Positions 30,396 to 41,804 of a stretch of 64,000 nucleotides of DNA are shown one piece after another (position 1 is the first letter of the stretch; each line of letters starts with the position of its first letter). The DNA is from an uncultured Pelagibacteraceae bacterium (GTDB lineage: Bacteria > Pseudomonadota > Alphaproteobacteria > Pelagibacterales > Pelagibacteraceae). The notes below the pieces were generated by a model. That model saw only the letters and a program-made list of their open reading frames with translations, was not told where the DNA came from and searched no databases. The stretch lies in assembly GCA_902517495.1 (NCBI GenBank), contig CABYCO010000004.1:1267-65266 (forward strand). The letters run 5' to 3'. The position numbers were made by a program, and so were the translations under genes.

Positions 30396-30700
30396 TGGCA
30401 AAAATGTCAGCAATAAATAAGAACAATAAAAGAATTAAGTTATCAGATAAATATTACAAAAAAAGAGAAAGTCTAAAAAAAATAATAATGAACAAAAAAT
30501 TAACATTCGAAGAAAGGTTTAAAGCTCAACAGAAACTTTCTAAATTACCAAGAAATTCAGCTAAAATTAGAGTAAGAAACAGATGTCAAATAACAGGTAG
30601 ACCTCATGGTGTTTATCGTAAATTAAAAATATCAAGAATTGCGTTAAGACAATTAGGATTGCAAGGCAAGATTCCTGGTATGGTAAAATCAAGTTGGTAG
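30395..30700 (+). CDS. rpsN: 30S ribosomal protein S14 (long, Zn-independent type)
   Basis: [15 protein letters not shown] and PGMVKSSW motifs. Confidence 0.97.
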   Translation: MAKMSAINKNNKRIKLSDKYYKKRESLKKIIMNKKLTFEERFKAQQKLSKLPRNSAKIRVRNRCQITGRPHGVYRKLKISRIALRQLGLQGKIPGMVKSSW

Positions 30701-30710
30701 AAAGGATATT

Positions 30711-31106
30711 ATGAGTTTAAGTGATCCAATTGGTGATATGATAGCTAGATTGAAAAATTCTCAACTGAGAAATCATAAGAAAATTGAACTTCCGTCATCA
30801 AAATTTAAAGCAAAAATTGCAGAAATTTTAAAATCTGAGGGATATATAATTGATTATGAGATAAAATCTGAACAAAACAAACCAAATCTACATATAAGTT
30901 TAAAATATAGCTCAGGAAATCCAGTAATAAGCTCAATTGAAAGAGTATCAAAACCAGGCCGAAGAATTTTCTCAAGTGCCCAAAGTTTACCAAAGGTTAA
31001 TAATGGTTTAGGCATAGCTATAATTTCGACTCCAAAAGGAGTTATGACAGATATAGATGCAAGAAAGCAAAAAGTTGGTGGAGAAATAATTTGTAAGGTA
31101 TTTTAA
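30711..31106 (+). CDS. rpsH: 30S ribosomal protein S8
   Basis: DPIGDM, SKPGRR and STPKG motifs. Confidence 0.98.
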   Translation: MSLSDPIGDMIARLKNSQLRNHKKIELPSSKFKAKIAEILKSEGYIIDYEIKSEQNKPNLHISLKYSSGNPVISSIERVSKPGRRIFSSAQSLPKVNNGLGIAIISTPKGVMTDIDARKQKVGGEIICKVF

Positions 31107-31645
31107 TGTCAAAAATTGGTAAAATAAATATTTCAATTCCTGATAAAGTTAAAATATTGATGAGTAATAATATCATGAATATAGAAGGTCCTTTAGGAAA
31201 AAAATCATTGACCATTGATTTAGAAATTTTCGATTTAAAAATAATCGAAGGTAAAAATGTAAAAATTGAACCTAAAAACAAAAATCAAAATACAAAAAGA
31301 TTATGGGGTATGAATAGAAGTTTAATAAATAATGCAATAATTGGAGCAAGCAAAGGATATGAGAAAATTCTTGAATTATCAGGTGTAGGATATAGAGCAG
31401 CGATTAAAGGAAATATATTAAACCTACAATTAGGTTTTAGTCACGATATCAACTTCAAAATACCCGATGGTGTAAGCATAAAAGTAGAAAAACAAAATAC
31501 TTTAATTATTTCTGGCACAGATAAGCAACAAGTCGGAATGGTTTCTGCGGAAATAAAAAGTATTAGACCTCCAGAACCATATAAAGGTAAAGGGATAAAA
31601 GAACAAGGTCAGTATATTTTAAGAAAAGAGGGAAAAAAGAAATAA
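31106..31645 (+). CDS. rplF: 50S ribosomal protein L6
   Basis: GVGYRA and [10 protein letters not shown] motifs. Confidence 0.98.
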   Translation: MSKIGKINISIPDKVKILMSNNIMNIEGPLGKKSLTIDLEIFDLKIIEGKNVKIEPKNKNQNTKRLWGMNRSLINNAIIGASKGYEKILELSGVGYRAAIKGNILNLQLGFSHDINFKIPDGVSIKVEKQNTLIISGTDKQQVGMVSAEIKSIRPPEPYKGKGIKEQGQYILRKEGKKK

Positions 31646-31998
31646 TGAGTATATCAAAAATGCAAAGAAAGAAATTTAGAGTAAGAAATAAAATTAAAAA
31701 AGTTTCTTCAAACGACAGATATAGACTGTGCGTAAGTCGATCAGCAAAGAATATTAGTGCGCAAATAATTGATGATGTAAGAAAAATAACTTTAGTAAGT
31801 GCAAGCTCAAACACAAAAGAAATAAAATCACAAAAAAAAAATAAAAAAGAATTATCTACAATAGTTGCTGAAAATTTAGCAAAAAAAGCAAAAGATATAA
31901 AAATAACTAAAGTATATTTTGACAGAGGAATTTATAAGTATCATGGAAGAGTAAAACTTTTGGCAGACGAGCTTAGAAAAAATGGAATGGAATTTTAA
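31645..31998 (+). CDS. rplR: 50S ribosomal protein L18
   Basis: AQIIDD and FDRG.YKYHGRV motifs. Confidence 0.97.
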   Translation: MSISKMQRKKFRVRNKIKKVSSNDRYRLCVSRSAKNISAQIIDDVRKITLVSASSNTKEIKSQKKNKKELSTIVAENLAKKAKDIKITKVYFDRGIYKYHGRVKLLADELRKNGMEF

Positions 31999-32001
31999 AT
32001 T

Positions 32002-32502
32002 ATGGAAAAAAACACAGAATTTGTTGAAAAATTAGTACATATAAACAGAATTACAAAAGTTGTTAAAGGTGGCAGAAGATTTGGTTTCTCAGCACTTGTT
32101 GTAGTGGGAAATCAAAATGGAAAAATTGGTGTTGCTCATGCAAAAGCTAAACAAGTTCCTGACGCAATAAAAAAAGCTAATGAATTAGCTAGAAGAAATC
32201 TTGTTCAGATTCCACTAAGAGAAGGTAGAACCATACATCATGATATCTTTGGAAAAGATGGTGCAGGGAAAATTAAATTAAGAGCTGCTCCCAAAGGAAC
32301 AGGAATAATTGCGGGTGGTGCAGTAAGAGCAGTTTGTGAAGTACTTGGTATTAAAGATATTGTCGCTAAATCCTTAGGAACAGCTAATCCACACAATGTT
32401 ATAAGAGCATGTATGAAAGCTTTATCAAACCAAAATTCACCAAAAAATATTTCATTAATTAGAAATAAGAAAATTTCAGAAATTATTGAGAAAAGAGGAT
32501 AA
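32002..32502 (+). CDS. rpsE: 30S ribosomal protein S5
   Basis: KVVKGGRRF and GTGIIAGG motifs. Confidence 0.98.
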   Translation: MEKNTEFVEKLVHINRITKVVKGGRRFGFSALVVVGNQNGKIGVAHAKAKQVPDAIKKANELARRNLVQIPLREGRTIHHDIFGKDGAGKIKLRAAPKGTGIIAGGAVRAVCEVLGIKDIVAKSLGTANPHNVIRACMKALSNQNSPKNISLIRNKKISEIIEKRG

Positions 32503-32957
32503 TGAATATTTTAAATAACAGTGAAAAAGTTAAAATTTCAAAGAAAAGGCTCGGCAGAGGAATTGGATCTGGTAGAGGAAAAACCTCAGGCAGAGGTATC
32601 AAGGGACAAAAATCAAGATCTGGAGTTGCTATTAAAAGTTTTGAAGGTGGACAAATGCCACTTTATAGAAGATTACCCAAAAGAGGTTTCAATCCAATAA
32701 ATAAAGAAAAAATTGCAAAAATAAATTTAGATCAAATACAAAGCTTTATTGATGCTAAAAAAATTAAAGTTGATACGCAAATAAATTTAGAAAGTTTAAA
32801 GAAAAATAATATTATTAATAGCACATATTATAAATATAAAATTCTTGGTAATGGTAGTTTAAAATCTAAAATAGATATAGAAGCTGATTTTTCATCGATT
32901 TCTGCGAGAGAAAAAATTGAAAAAATTGGTGGTATTTTAAAGCTAAAAAATAAATAA
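32502..32957 (+). CDS. rplO: 50S ribosomal protein L15
   Basis: GRGIGSG.GKT and FEGGQMPL motifs. Confidence 0.98.
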   Translation: MNILNNSEKVKISKKRLGRGIGSGRGKTSGRGIKGQKSRSGVAIKSFEGGQMPLYRRLPKRGFNPINKEKIAKINLDQIQSFIDAKKIKVDTQINLESLKKNNIINSTYYKYKILGNGSLKSKIDIEADFSSISAREKIEKIGGILKLKNK

Positions 32958-32961
32958 TAAA

Positions 32962-34242
32962 ATGAGTGAGTTATCTCAATCAAATGATTTAAGAAATAGA
33001 ATCTTATTTACAATATTCATTCTCGCAATCTACAGATTAGGCACATTTGTACCTCTGCCTGGTATAGACCCAGAACAATTACAGATAATGATGGATAGCA
33101 ATCAGAAAGGATTGTTGGGTATGTTTAATGTCTTTGCAGGTGGAGCTGTAAGTAGAATGGCGATATTTGCTCTTGGTATTATGCCATACATATCATCTTC
33201 AATTATCGTTCAATTATTAACTGGAGTTACAGATTACTTCAAAAATTTAAAAGCTCAGGGCGAAATTGGAAGACAAAAAATCACACAAATCACCAGATAT
33301 GGAACTGTTTTGTTAGCGACTGTTCAAGGTTATGGTTTAGCAGTTGGACTTGAATCTTCAGCAGATCTAGTAATAAATCCAGGCGCATTTTTTAAGATTT
33401 CAACTGTAACTACAATTGTTGCAGGAACAGTATTTTTAATGTGGCTAGGAGAACAAATTACTCAGAGAGGTATTGGCAATGGAATTTCATTAATTATATT
33501 TTCAGGAATTGTTGCTGAAATTCCAAGGGCATTGGTCACCACTTTTGAACTTGGAAGAACTGGTGCTATTTCTACTTTAATGATTATATTTATATTTATC
33601 TTATTAGTATTAACAATATTGTTTATTGTATTCATGGAAAGAGCTTTAAGAAAAATTTTAATAAATTATCCAAAAAGACAAATGGGAAATAAAATGTACG
33701 GTGGTGAGTCATCACACTTACCTCTTAAAATAAATTCAGCTGGAGTAATACCTGCAATTTTTGCTTCGGCATTATTATTATTACCGGTTACTTTTTCAAA
33801 TTTCAATGTTTCTCAAAATGAAACTTTTTTAAATATTTCATCATATTTTTCACAAGGGCAGCCTCTATACATGATATTGTATGCATCAGGAATTATATTT
33901 TTTACCTTTTTCTATACATCAATTACATTTAATCCTAATGAAACTGCAGAAAATTTGAGAAAATATGGTGGATTTATTCCAGGAATAAGACCTGGTGAAA
34001 GCACAGCACTGTATATTGATACTATCCTCACAAGATTAACAACAATAGGAGCAATATATCTAACTCTAGTATGTTTGATGCCAGAATTTTTGATAGCAAA
34101 TTATCCAATTCCTTTCTATTTAGGTGGAGCATCAGTACTAATTGTTGTTGTAGTAGCAATTGACACAGTAACACAAGTTCAAACTAGATTAATGAGTTCA
34201 CAATATGAACAATTAATTAAGAAAACTAAATTTGGTAGATAA
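32962..34242 (+). CDS. secY: Preprotein translocase subunit SecY
   Basis: ALGIMPYI, GIGNGISL and FIPGIRPG motifs. Confidence 0.99.
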   Translation: MSELSQSNDLRNRILFTIFILAIYRLGTFVPLPGIDPEQLQIMMDSNQKGLLGMFNVFAGGAVSRMAIFALGIMPYISSSIIVQLLTGVTDYFKNLKAQGEIGRQKITQITRYGTVLLATVQGYGLAVGLESSADLVINPGAFFKISTVTTIVAGTVFLMWLGEQITQRGIGNGISLIIFSGIVAEIPRALVTTFELGRTGAISTLMIIFIFILLVLTILFIVFMERALRKILINYPKRQMGNKMYGGESSHLPLKINSAGVIPAIFASALLLLPVTFSNFNVSQNETFLNISSYFSQGQPLYMILYASGIIFFTFFYTSITFNPNETAENLRKYGGFIPGIRPGESTALYIDTILTRLTTIGAIYLTLVCLMPEFLIANYPIPFYLGGASVLIVVVVAIDTVTQVQTRLMSSQYEQLIKKTKFGR

Positions 34243-34247
34243 TCCAA

Positions 34248-34811
34248 GTGAATGTTGTTATATTTGGACCACCAGGAGCAGGTAAGGGAACACAAGCCAA
34301 CTTTATTGTAAAAAAATTCAAACTTTGTCAAGTTTCTACAGGCGATCTTTTAAGAAATGAAGTTAAAAACCAAACTGATATAGGAAAAGATATTGAAAAT
34401 ATAATTTCAAAGGGTGATTTTGCAACCGATGAAATTGTTAATGAATTGATTAAAAAAATAATTATTGATCCAAGTAAAAAAAATAAGTTAATATTTGATG
34501 GATATCCAAGGTCACTTAATCAAGCTGAAAATTTAGACCAATTATTAAATGAGTCTGGTCAAAAAATAGATTTTATTTTTTTTTTAAATGTAAAAAAAGA
34601 GACAATTATTAAAAGGATTGAAAAAAGAAAAATTTTAGAAAATAGATCAGATGACAATCATGTAACTATATTAAAAAGATATGATACTTACATGGATACA
34701 ACTAAACTAGTCCTAGATTTTTATTCAAAAAAAACTAATTTTCATGAAATTGACGGAGATCAAAAAATAGCTGAAATTTCAAGCAAAATAGAGCAAATCC
34801 TATCTGTTTAA
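34248..34811 (+). CDS. adk: Adenylate kinase (short form without the LID domain)
   Basis: GPPGAGKGTQA, DGYPR and RSDD motifs; GTG start. Confidence 0.96.
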   Translation: MNVVIFGPPGAGKGTQANFIVKKFKLCQVSTGDLLRNEVKNQTDIGKDIENIISKGDFATDEIVNELIKKIIIDPSKKNKLIFDGYPRSLNQAENLDQLLNESGQKIDFIFFLNVKKETIIKRIEKRKILENRSDDNHVTILKRYDTYMDTTKLVLDFYSKKTNFHEIDGDQKIAEISSKIEQILSV

Positions 34812-34815
34812 GACA

Positions 34816-34843
34816 TTGACTTTGAAATAACTTCTTATATAAA
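34816..34843 (+). promoter_or_regulatory. Putative alpha-operon promoter TTGACT-N16-TATAAA
   Basis: Near-consensus hexamers in the adk-rpsM gap. Confidence 0.5.
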
Positions 34844-34867
34844 AGGCTAAATTTTAATCTCATTATT

Positions 34868-35251
34868 ATGGCTCGTATAGCAGGTGTAAACATACCACAG
34901 AATAAGTTAGTTCGGATTGGACTAACATATATATATGGTATTGGTGAAAAGAACTCTAATGACATTTGCAAATCATTAGAAATACCAAATAATAAAAGAG
35001 TTAATGAATTAACAGATGAAGAAATCTTAAAAATTAGAGAATTTATAGATCAAAAATTTACAGTTGAAGGTGATCTAAGAAGAGATACTTCATTGAATAT
35101 AAAAAGATTGATAGACTTAGCATCTTATCGTGGATCTAGACATAGAAAAAAATTGCCAGTCAGAGGTCAACGAACAAGATGCAATGCTCGTACACGAAAA
35201 GGTAAAGCAATTGCTATAGCAGGTAAAAAATTAACTCCACTTAAAAAATAA
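34868..35251 (+). CDS. rpsM: 30S ribosomal protein S13
   Basis: MARIAGV and LPVRGQRT motifs. Confidence 0.98.
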   Translation: MARIAGVNIPQNKLVRIGLTYIYGIGEKNSNDICKSLEIPNNKRVNELTDEEILKIREFIDQKFTVEGDLRRDTSLNIKRLIDLASYRGSRHRKKLPVRGQRTRCNARTRKGKAIAIAGKKLTPLKK

Positions 35252-35252
35252 T

Positions 35253-35696
35253 ATGTCAAAAGATAATATAGATAACAAAGATCAAGTTAAAGAAAATGCT
35301 CCCAAATCAAAAAAAAGTTCTTACTCAAAGAAAAAAAAAAATAAGAAAAATATTTTGAATGGTATTGCATATGTTCAATCAACTTTTAACAATACTATTG
35401 TTTCAATAGCTGATACAAATGGTAATGTAATATCTTGGGCCTCAGCTGGCCAAAAAGGATTTAAAGGTTCAAGAAAATCAACACCATATGCAGCCCAAGT
35501 TGCTGCAGATTCTGCTGCTGCTAAAGCCTTAGAAGTAGGAATGAAAATTTTATCAGTTGAGGTAAAAGGTCCTGGCTCAGGAAGAGAAACAGCTCTAAGA
35601 GCCTTACAAGCCAGAGGTTTTAAAATTATTTCAATAAAAGATACAACACCAATGCCACACAATGGTTCACGACCGCCAAAAAAAAGGAGAGTATAA
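35253..35696 (+). CDS. rpsK: 30S ribosomal protein S11
   Basis: [15 protein letters not shown] and DTTPMPHNG motifs. Confidence 0.98.
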   Translation: MSKDNIDNKDQVKENAPKSKKSSYSKKKKNKKNILNGIAYVQSTFNNTIVSIADTNGNVISWASAGQKGFKGSRKSTPYAAQVAADSAAAKALEVGMKILSVEVKGPGSGRETALRALQARGFKIISIKDTTPMPHNGSRPPKKRRV

Positions 35697-36724
35697 TGGA
35701 TACAGCTGAAGTAAATATTAAAAATTGGAAATCACTAATTAAGCCACCTAAACTAGATGTCAATATTAATGATGATAAAACATATGCAAAAATAATTGCT
35801 GAACCATTAGAAAAAGGTTATGGACTCACTTTAGGAAACTCTCTTAGAAGAATACTTTTGTCATCAATTAGAGGAACAGCAGTTACGGCAATACAAATTG
35901 ATGGAGTGCTACATGAGTTTACTTCTATTAAAGGCGTTAGAGAAGATGTAACTGATATTGTATTAAATGTTAAATCGCTTGCATTAAAAGGTAATTCAGA
36001 AAATGCTAGCAAATTAGTATTAGATGCAAAAGGCCCAGGTGAAATTAAAGCATCTAATATAACAACATCTGCAGATGTTGAAATTTTAAATCCGGACCTT
36101 GTAATCTGTAATTTAGATGAGAATACAAATTTCCATATGGAAATGACAGTAAGCAATGGAAAAGGTTATGTTTCCGCGGAAATGAACAAACCAGATGAGC
36201 CACCATTAGGCCTAATACCAATTGATTCATTATTTAGCCCTGTTAAAAAAGTTTCATACTCTATCAGTACTGCAAGAGAGGGAAAGGCGCTAGATTATGA
36301 TAAATTAACTATGGAAGTTGAAACTAATGGATCGATATCTGCAGAAGATGCTGTTGCATATTCCGCAAGAATATTTCAAGACCAATTAGGTATGTTTGTA
36401 AATTTTGATGAGCCACAAGAAGTAATTGTAAGGGAACAACCAACTGAACCAGAATTTAATAAAAATCTTCTTCGAAAAGTAGACGAACTTGAACTTTCAG
36501 TTAGATCAATGAATTGCCTAAAAAATGATAATATAATTTATATTGGAGATTTAGTTCAAAAATCAGAGGGTGAAATGTTGAGAACTCCTAATTTTGGAAG
36601 AAAATCACTTAATGAAATAAAAGAAGTTTTAACTGGCATGTCACTTTATTTAGGTATGGAGATACCTAATTGGCCACCAGATAATATCGCAGAATTATCC
36701 AAAAAACTTGAGGAAGCTATCTAA
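35696..36724 (+). CDS. rpoA: RNA polymerase alpha subunit
   Basis: [17 protein letters not shown] and LSVRSMNCL motifs. Confidence 0.99.
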   Translation: MDTAEVNIKNWKSLIKPPKLDVNINDDKTYAKIIAEPLEKGYGLTLGNSLRRILLSSIRGTAVTAIQIDGVLHEFTSIKGVREDVTDIVLNVKSLALKGNSENASKLVLDAKGPGEIKASNITTSADVEILNPDLVICNLDENTNFHMEMTVSNGKGYVSAEMNKPDEPPLGLIPIDSLFSPVKKVSYSISTAREGKALDYDKLTMEVETNGSISAEDAVAYSARIFQDQLGMFVNFDEPQEVIVREQPTEPEFNKNLLRKVDELELSVRSMNCLKNDNIIYIGDLVQKSEGEMLRTPNFGRKSLNEIKEVLTGMSLYLGMEIPNWPPDNIAELSKKLEEAI

Positions 36725-37170
36725 TGAGACATAAGATGGGCTATAAAAAGCTCAATAGAACTTCAGAGCATAGAAAAGCATTAATAAAAAATATGCTAAA
36801 TTCACTGGTGAAGTATGAACAGATTACTACAACACTTCCAAAAGCAAAAGTTTTGAAACCACAGGCAGATAAGCTAATTACTTTAGGCAAGAAAGACACT
36901 CTACAAAATACTAAGACTTTGGTTTCTAAGCTCCAAGATGAAGCATCTGCAAGTAAAATAAGAAAAATATTGTCTAAAAGATATGAGAATAGAAAAGGCG
37001 GATATACAAGAATAATTAAAGCAGGTTTTAGATACGGTGACAATGCACCCATGGCAGTAATAGAATTTGTAGATAGAGATATAGATGCAAAAAAAATAGA
37101 CAAAAAGAAAAAAGAAAAATCTAAAGAAGTAGATAAAAAAGTAGAAGCGCCCAAAGAAGCTACAGTCTAA
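36724..37170 (+). CDS. rplQ: 50S ribosomal protein L17
   Basis: MRH..., ITTTLPKAK, GGYTRI and GDNAPMA motifs. Confidence 0.98.
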   Translation: MRHKMGYKKLNRTSEHRKALIKNMLNSLVKYEQITTTLPKAKVLKPQADKLITLGKKDTLQNTKTLVSKLQDEASASKIRKILSKRYENRKGGYTRIIKAGFRYGDNAPMAVIEFVDRDIDAKKIDKKKKEKSKEVDKKVEAPKEATV

Positions 37171-37182
37171 ATAACATTTTTT

Positions 37183-38088
37183 ATGAAAAAAACCATCAAC
37201 GTAGATTCTACGTACGCTGGTATGCGTATTGATAGATTTCTACGTAGAAAATTTGAAACTATACCTCAAAGTTTAATAGAGAAAAATCTAAGGAATGGTA
37301 AAATTAAACTTAATAAAAAAAAAATCAAAAGTTCAGCTAAACTACAAAATAATGATTTAATTGAATTTCACAACCTTGAAATTAAAAATGAAATAATAAC
37401 TAAAAAATTAAAATTCAAGCCTTCAGATACAATAATTAAGGAAAATGAAGATTTCATTATTGAAAATAACGATGATTTTATTGTTCTTAATAAACAAGCA
37501 GGTATTTCTGTTCAGGGTGGAACAAAATCCAAAAAAAACCTTATAGATATATTTTCTAATAGTGAAATTTTTAAGGACGACAAACCATATTCGGTTCATA
37601 GATTGGATAAAGAAACTTCTGGAGTATTTTTAATTGCAAAAAATAGACCAACAGCGCAATTACTTACAACATTGTTCAGATTAAGAAAAGTTTATAAGAC
37701 TTACATCGCAATTTGTCATGGAGAGCTATCTATTAATGACAAAGGTTCTATAAAAAATAATCTTATAAGATATGATGAAACAAAAAAAATAGTAGAGAGT
37801 GCTGAGACATATTATGAAATATTAGATAAAAATAATAATTCTACTTTTATTCAGCTGAAGCCTATCACTGGAAGAAAACATCAGTTAAGAAAACAATTAT
37901 ACAATTTAGGTCACTCAATTATAGGTGATAAAAAGTATAACTCTTACAAAATACAAAAAAATAATAAAAACCTTATGCTTCATTCTTATGAAATTAAATT
38001 TAAAATGAATGAAAAAAAATATATATTTAGAGCTACACCACCTGAGTACTTTAGAAATATGCTTAAAGCAAAAAGACTTAATTTTTAA
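37183..38088 (+). CDS. RluA-family pseudouridine synthase with S4 domain (RluC-like)
   Basis: RIDRFL S4 domain, catalytic [18 protein letters not shown]. Confidence 0.92.
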   Translation: MKKTINVDSTYAGMRIDRFLRRKFETIPQSLIEKNLRNGKIKLNKKKIKSSAKLQNNDLIEFHNLEIKNEIITKKLKFKPSDTIIKENEDFIIENNDDFIVLNKQAGISVQGGTKSKKNLIDIFSNSEIFKDDKPYSVHRLDKETSGVFLIAKNRPTAQLLTTLFRLRKVYKTYIAICHGELSINDKGSIKNNLIRYDETKKIVESAETYYEILDKNNNSTFIQLKPITGRKHQLRKQLYNLGHSIIGDKKYNSYKIQKNNKNLMLHSYEIKFKMNEKKYIFRATPPEYFRNMLKAKRLNF

Positions 38089-38710
38089 TTTCTTTTAAAA
38101 ATTTTTGAATTAGTACGTCTGATATATAATTATATCTTTGTTTTTTAATTTTATTAAGATTTGTAATTTCTTTATCTTTGATACCACAAGGAATTATTTT
38201 TGAATAAGCATCTAATTTATTCGAAACATTCAATGAAAAACCGTGGTATGCTATCCATTTTTTAACTTTAATCCCTATAGCCGCTACCTTTTCAATTTTA
38301 ATTTTATTATCAAATTTTCTTTTATGCCAGATACCTACATTCTTTCTATCAGCAAAAACATTAATATTAAATTCTTTTAAAGTTTTTATAATAGTATTTT
38401 CTATTGTGGAAATAAGTTTTCTAATATTTTTTTCTCTTTTATTTAAATCAATAACAAAATAAAAAACCAATTGACCAGGTCCATGATATGTAATTTTTCC
38501 ACCTCTATTTGTTTTGATTAAATTTATTGATTTATCTAATAATTCATCATCCTTATAATTAGTTCCAGCAGTATAAACCTCTTCATGTTCTAAAATCCAT
38601 ATCAGCTCATTTCTTTTTTTTTTATGAATTTCATCCAATCTTTTTTCTAATAATGAAATAGCATTTTCATATTTTATTGGTTTTATTGACTTTTTGATCT
38701 CTATCATCAT
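38078..38710 (-). CDS. lipB: Lipoyl(octanoyl) transferase
   Basis: [26 protein letters not shown] and IIPCG motifs. Confidence 0.95.
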   Translation of the reverse strand: MMIEIKKSIKPIKYENAISLLEKRLDEIHKKKRNELIWILEHEEVYTAGTNYKDDELLDKSINLIKTNRGGKITYHGPGQLVFYFVIDLNKREKNIRKLISTIENTIIKTLKEFNINVFADRKNVGIWHKRKFDNKIKIEKVAAIGIKVKKWIAYHGFSLNVSNKLDAYSKIIPCGIKDKEITNLNKIKKQRYNYISDVLIQKFLKEIKN

Positions 38711-38770
38711 TATAAAATTGTAATATTAATATTTTGTATTAATAGTGCCAACTAAATTATAGATAAAATT

Positions 38771-40144
38771 ATGACTTTAGTAAAAAAAATTAAAGATAAA
38801 AAAGTTAACTTTGAATTCAATAAAGAGTTTATTAAAGTAGTGACAGATAAGATTTCCTCAAATGATGCAGAATTTATCACTAATTCATTTAATGATATGC
38901 ACCCTGCGGATGCAGCTGATATTATTGAACATTTAAATGAAAATGATAGAGAAAGTTTAATTAAATTAAATAATTTTAAAGTTGATCCTGAAGTGTTTGT
39001 TGAACTCAACGAGTCAATACAATCTGAATTGATTGCATATTTATCATCAGAGTCCATTGTTAATATATTAAAAAACTTAGAGTCTGATGATGCAATTAAA
39101 ATTTTAGAAAATGTTGATGAAAAAGATAAAAATACTATTTTAGGATCTCTTCCACCAAAAGACCGGTTCGCTTTATTAGAAAGTTTAAGTTACCCAGAAG
39201 ATTCAGCTGCACGAATAATGCAAAGAGAATTTACTGCCATACCTAGCAATTGGTCAGTTGGTCAGACAATAGACTATTTAAGAGAAAATAAAGATTTACC
39301 AGAAGAGTTTCTTGAAATTTTTATAGTAGATGAAAATTTTACACCAATTGGAACTGTACCTTCCTCAAAAGTACTAAGAACTTCAAGAGATGCAAAAATG
39401 ATGTCAATAATGTCGGAGTCCCAGCTTTTAATACCAGTAGATATGGATAAAGAAGAAGTTGGAAATCTATTTGAAAATTATAATTTAAGCTCGGCTGCAG
39501 TAACTGATAAAAATGATAAATTGGTGGGCATGATAGCTTATGATGACGTTTTAACTGTACTTAAAGAAGAAGCCGAGGAGGATGCATTAAGACTTGCCGG
39601 AGTAGGAGATGAAGAAATAACAGATGGTGTAATTACAAAAACCAAGCGAAGATTTAATTGGCTATTATTAAATTTATTTACCGCATTCTTAGCTACTTAT
39701 TGCATTAGTTTATTTGGTGCCACTATTGAGCAAATGGTTGTTTTAGCTTTTTTAATGCCTATTGTTGCATCAATGGGTGGTAATGCTGGTATGCAAACAC
39801 TAGCCGTAACTGTAAGATCTTTAGCTACACAAGATTTAACAAAAAATAATTTTACCAATAATATAATAAAAGAATTTAACATAGGTGTTTTAAATGGAAT
39901 TATCTTTGCAATTATAAGTTCTGTAATTGTTTATTTCTGGTTTAATGACATTCAACTTGCATTGATAATATCAATATCAATGGTTTTAACAATGATAGTT
40001 GCTGGGCTCTTTGGAATTTTAATACCTGTAACTTTAAAAAAAATGAATATAGATCCAGCTATTTCATCAAGTGTTTTTGTTACTACAATAACTGATGTTA
40101 TAGGTTTTGTTTCCTTCTTAGGCGTAGGTGCTTATTTTTTATAA
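38771..40144 (+). CDS. mgtE: Magnesium transporter MgtE
   Basis: HPADAAD, CBS pair, MGGNAGMQ and TTITD motifs. Confidence 0.96.
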   Translation: MTLVKKIKDKKVNFEFNKEFIKVVTDKISSNDAEFITNSFNDMHPADAADIIEHLNENDRESLIKLNNFKVDPEVFVELNESIQSELIAYLSSESIVNILKNLESDDAIKILENVDEKDKNTILGSLPPKDRFALLESLSYPEDSAARIMQREFTAIPSNWSVGQTIDYLRENKDLPEEFLEIFIVDENFTPIGTVPSSKVLRTSRDAKMMSIMSESQLLIPVDMDKEEVGNLFENYNLSSAAVTDKNDKLVGMIAYDDVLTVLKEEAEEDALRLAGVGDEEITDGVITKTKRRFNWLLLNLFTAFLATYCISLFGATIEQMVVLAFLMPIVASMGGNAGMQTLAVTVRSLATQDLTKNNFTNNIIKEFNIGVLNGIIFAIISSVIVYFWFNDIQLALIISISMVLTMIVAGLFGILIPVTLKKMNIDPAISSSVFVTTITDVIGFVSFLGVGAYFL

Positions 40145-40954
40145 CTAATAATTATCAATCAATCTAACACCGTCTATTTCATAAGCCACAAAAAGCCGAT
40201 ATTTATTATTGAAATTGCTAAGCTTTAAATTTTTTTCATCTCTAAATTCTAAATAATCTACTTTTATATTATATTTTTTTTCTAATTTTATTTTATAATT
40301 ATGTAAATCGGAGGCTAATTTAGTACTTTCGAATTTTGATTTATATTTAACTTTTTTTAAAAACAATCCAATTTCTGAAGCTTTTTTAATGGATCTCTTT
40401 TTTAATAATTTGTTTCGTGTAGATAACGCAATATTATTTATTCTGATAGTAGGACATGAATTAATACGAACCTTAAACTTTTTTGATAGGAATTTTTTTA
40501 CTAGATATAACTGTTGATAGTCTTTTTCACCCATATATAAATCTTTTGATTTTATCATGGACATAAGTCTGTTCATAACATTTAAAACACCTTCAAAATG
40601 ACCAATTCTATATTTCGCACACAAAATTTTGTCTTTTTTTTTTAAATTAAATTTCTTAGCCTTAAATTTGTATATATCTTTGGTATTAGGTGTGAATAAA
40701 TATTCTACATTTAATTTTTCTAGTATAGCAATATCTTTATGAATATTTCTTGGATATTTTTTAAAATCATCCCCTTTATTAAATTGAGTAGGATTTACAA
40801 AAATACTGACAATTGTCTTAGCTTTTTTATTTTGTGAAGCTTTTATTAAAGATATATGACCAGCATGTATCCCACCCATGGTAGGTACAAATCCAATATT
40901 TTTATAGTCTTTAATCTCTTTATTTAAATCAAAAATACTTGTAATTATTTTCAT
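40145..40954 (-). CDS. panC: Pantoate--beta-alanine ligase
   Basis: GFVPTMG..H.GH, SIFVNPTQF, GHFEGV, GEKDYQQ and RLIDN motifs. Confidence 0.94.
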   Translation of the reverse strand: MKIITSIFDLNKEIKDYKNIGFVPTMGGIHAGHISLIKASQNKKAKTIVSIFVNPTQFNKGDDFKKYPRNIHKDIAILEKLNVEYLFTPNTKDIYKFKAKKFNLKKKDKILCAKYRIGHFEGVLNVMNRLMSMIKSKDLYMGEKDYQQLYLVKKFLSKKFKVRINSCPTIRINNIALSTRNKLLKKRSIKKASEIGLFLKKVKYKSKFESTKLASDLHNYKIKLEKKYNIKVDYLEFRDEKNLKLSNFNNKYRLFVAYEIDGVRLIDNY

Positions 40955-40988
40955 ATTTTAAATATATGTTTATAAATAAATTATCTTT

Positions 40989-41804
40989 ATGATTAAACAA
41001 GCCATTATTCCACTTGCTGGTTTAGGTACAAGACTTTTGCCATTAACTAGTGTTTTTGCTAAAGAGCTTTTACCTATAAATGGAAAGCCTGGAATTGAGT
41101 ATATTCTTGATGAATGCATTGAGGCTGGAATTACAGAAATCATTTTTATTATTTCCAAAAAAAAAGAGATGATAAAGAATTATTTCTATAATGATAAATT
41201 TTACAAATCATTAATTAAAAAAAAAAAAGATCCACGTATAATTAAAGAATACAAAAAAATTATAAAATATAAAAAAAAAATTAAATTTGTTTATCAAAAT
41301 AGACCATTAGGTACTGGTGATGCTGTTTTAAAAACTAAAAAATATATTAAAAATAAATATTTTTTAATGCTCCTTCCAGATGATTTAATAATGAAAAGAA
41401 ACTGTTCGAAGGATATGATAAAATTACATAAAAAATATAAAGCTTCAGTGATGGCTAGCATGACAGTTAAAAAAAATAATGTAAATCGCTGGGGAATATA
41501 TTCTTTATCCAAAAAACTTGGTAATCAGAATTTTATTATTTCAGATGTTATTGAAAAACCAAATACTAAAGAAGCTCCATCAAATAATGCAGTAATTGGA
41601 AGATATATATTAAACAAGAATATATTTAAAATTCTTAAAAAACAGAAAAAAGGAAAAGGAGGAGAGATACATATTACTGACTCAATTAAAACAATGATTG
41701 ATAATAAATCTTTGTTTATTGGCCATAAGTTTTCAGGAAAATATTTAGATTGTGGTTCTATGAGTGGTTACATAAATTCAACATTGGAGATTGCAAAATT
41801 ATGA
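40989..41804 (+). CDS. galU: UTP--glucose-1-phosphate uridylyltransferase
   Basis: AGLGTRLLP, KELLP, PLGTGDA, EKP and GGEIHITD motifs. Confidence 0.88.
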   Translation: MIKQAIIPLAGLGTRLLPLTSVFAKELLPINGKPGIEYILDECIEAGITEIIFIISKKKEMIKNYFYNDKFYKSLIKKKKDPRIIKEYKKIIKYKKKIKFVYQNRPLGTGDAVLKTKKYIKNKYFLMLLPDDLIMKRNCSKDMIKLHKKYKASVMASMTVKKNNVNRWGIYSLSKKLGNQNFIISDVIEKPNTKEAPSNNAVIGRYILNKNIFKILKKQKKGKGGEIHITDSIKTMIDNKSLFIGHKFSGKYLDCGSMSGYINSTLEIAKL

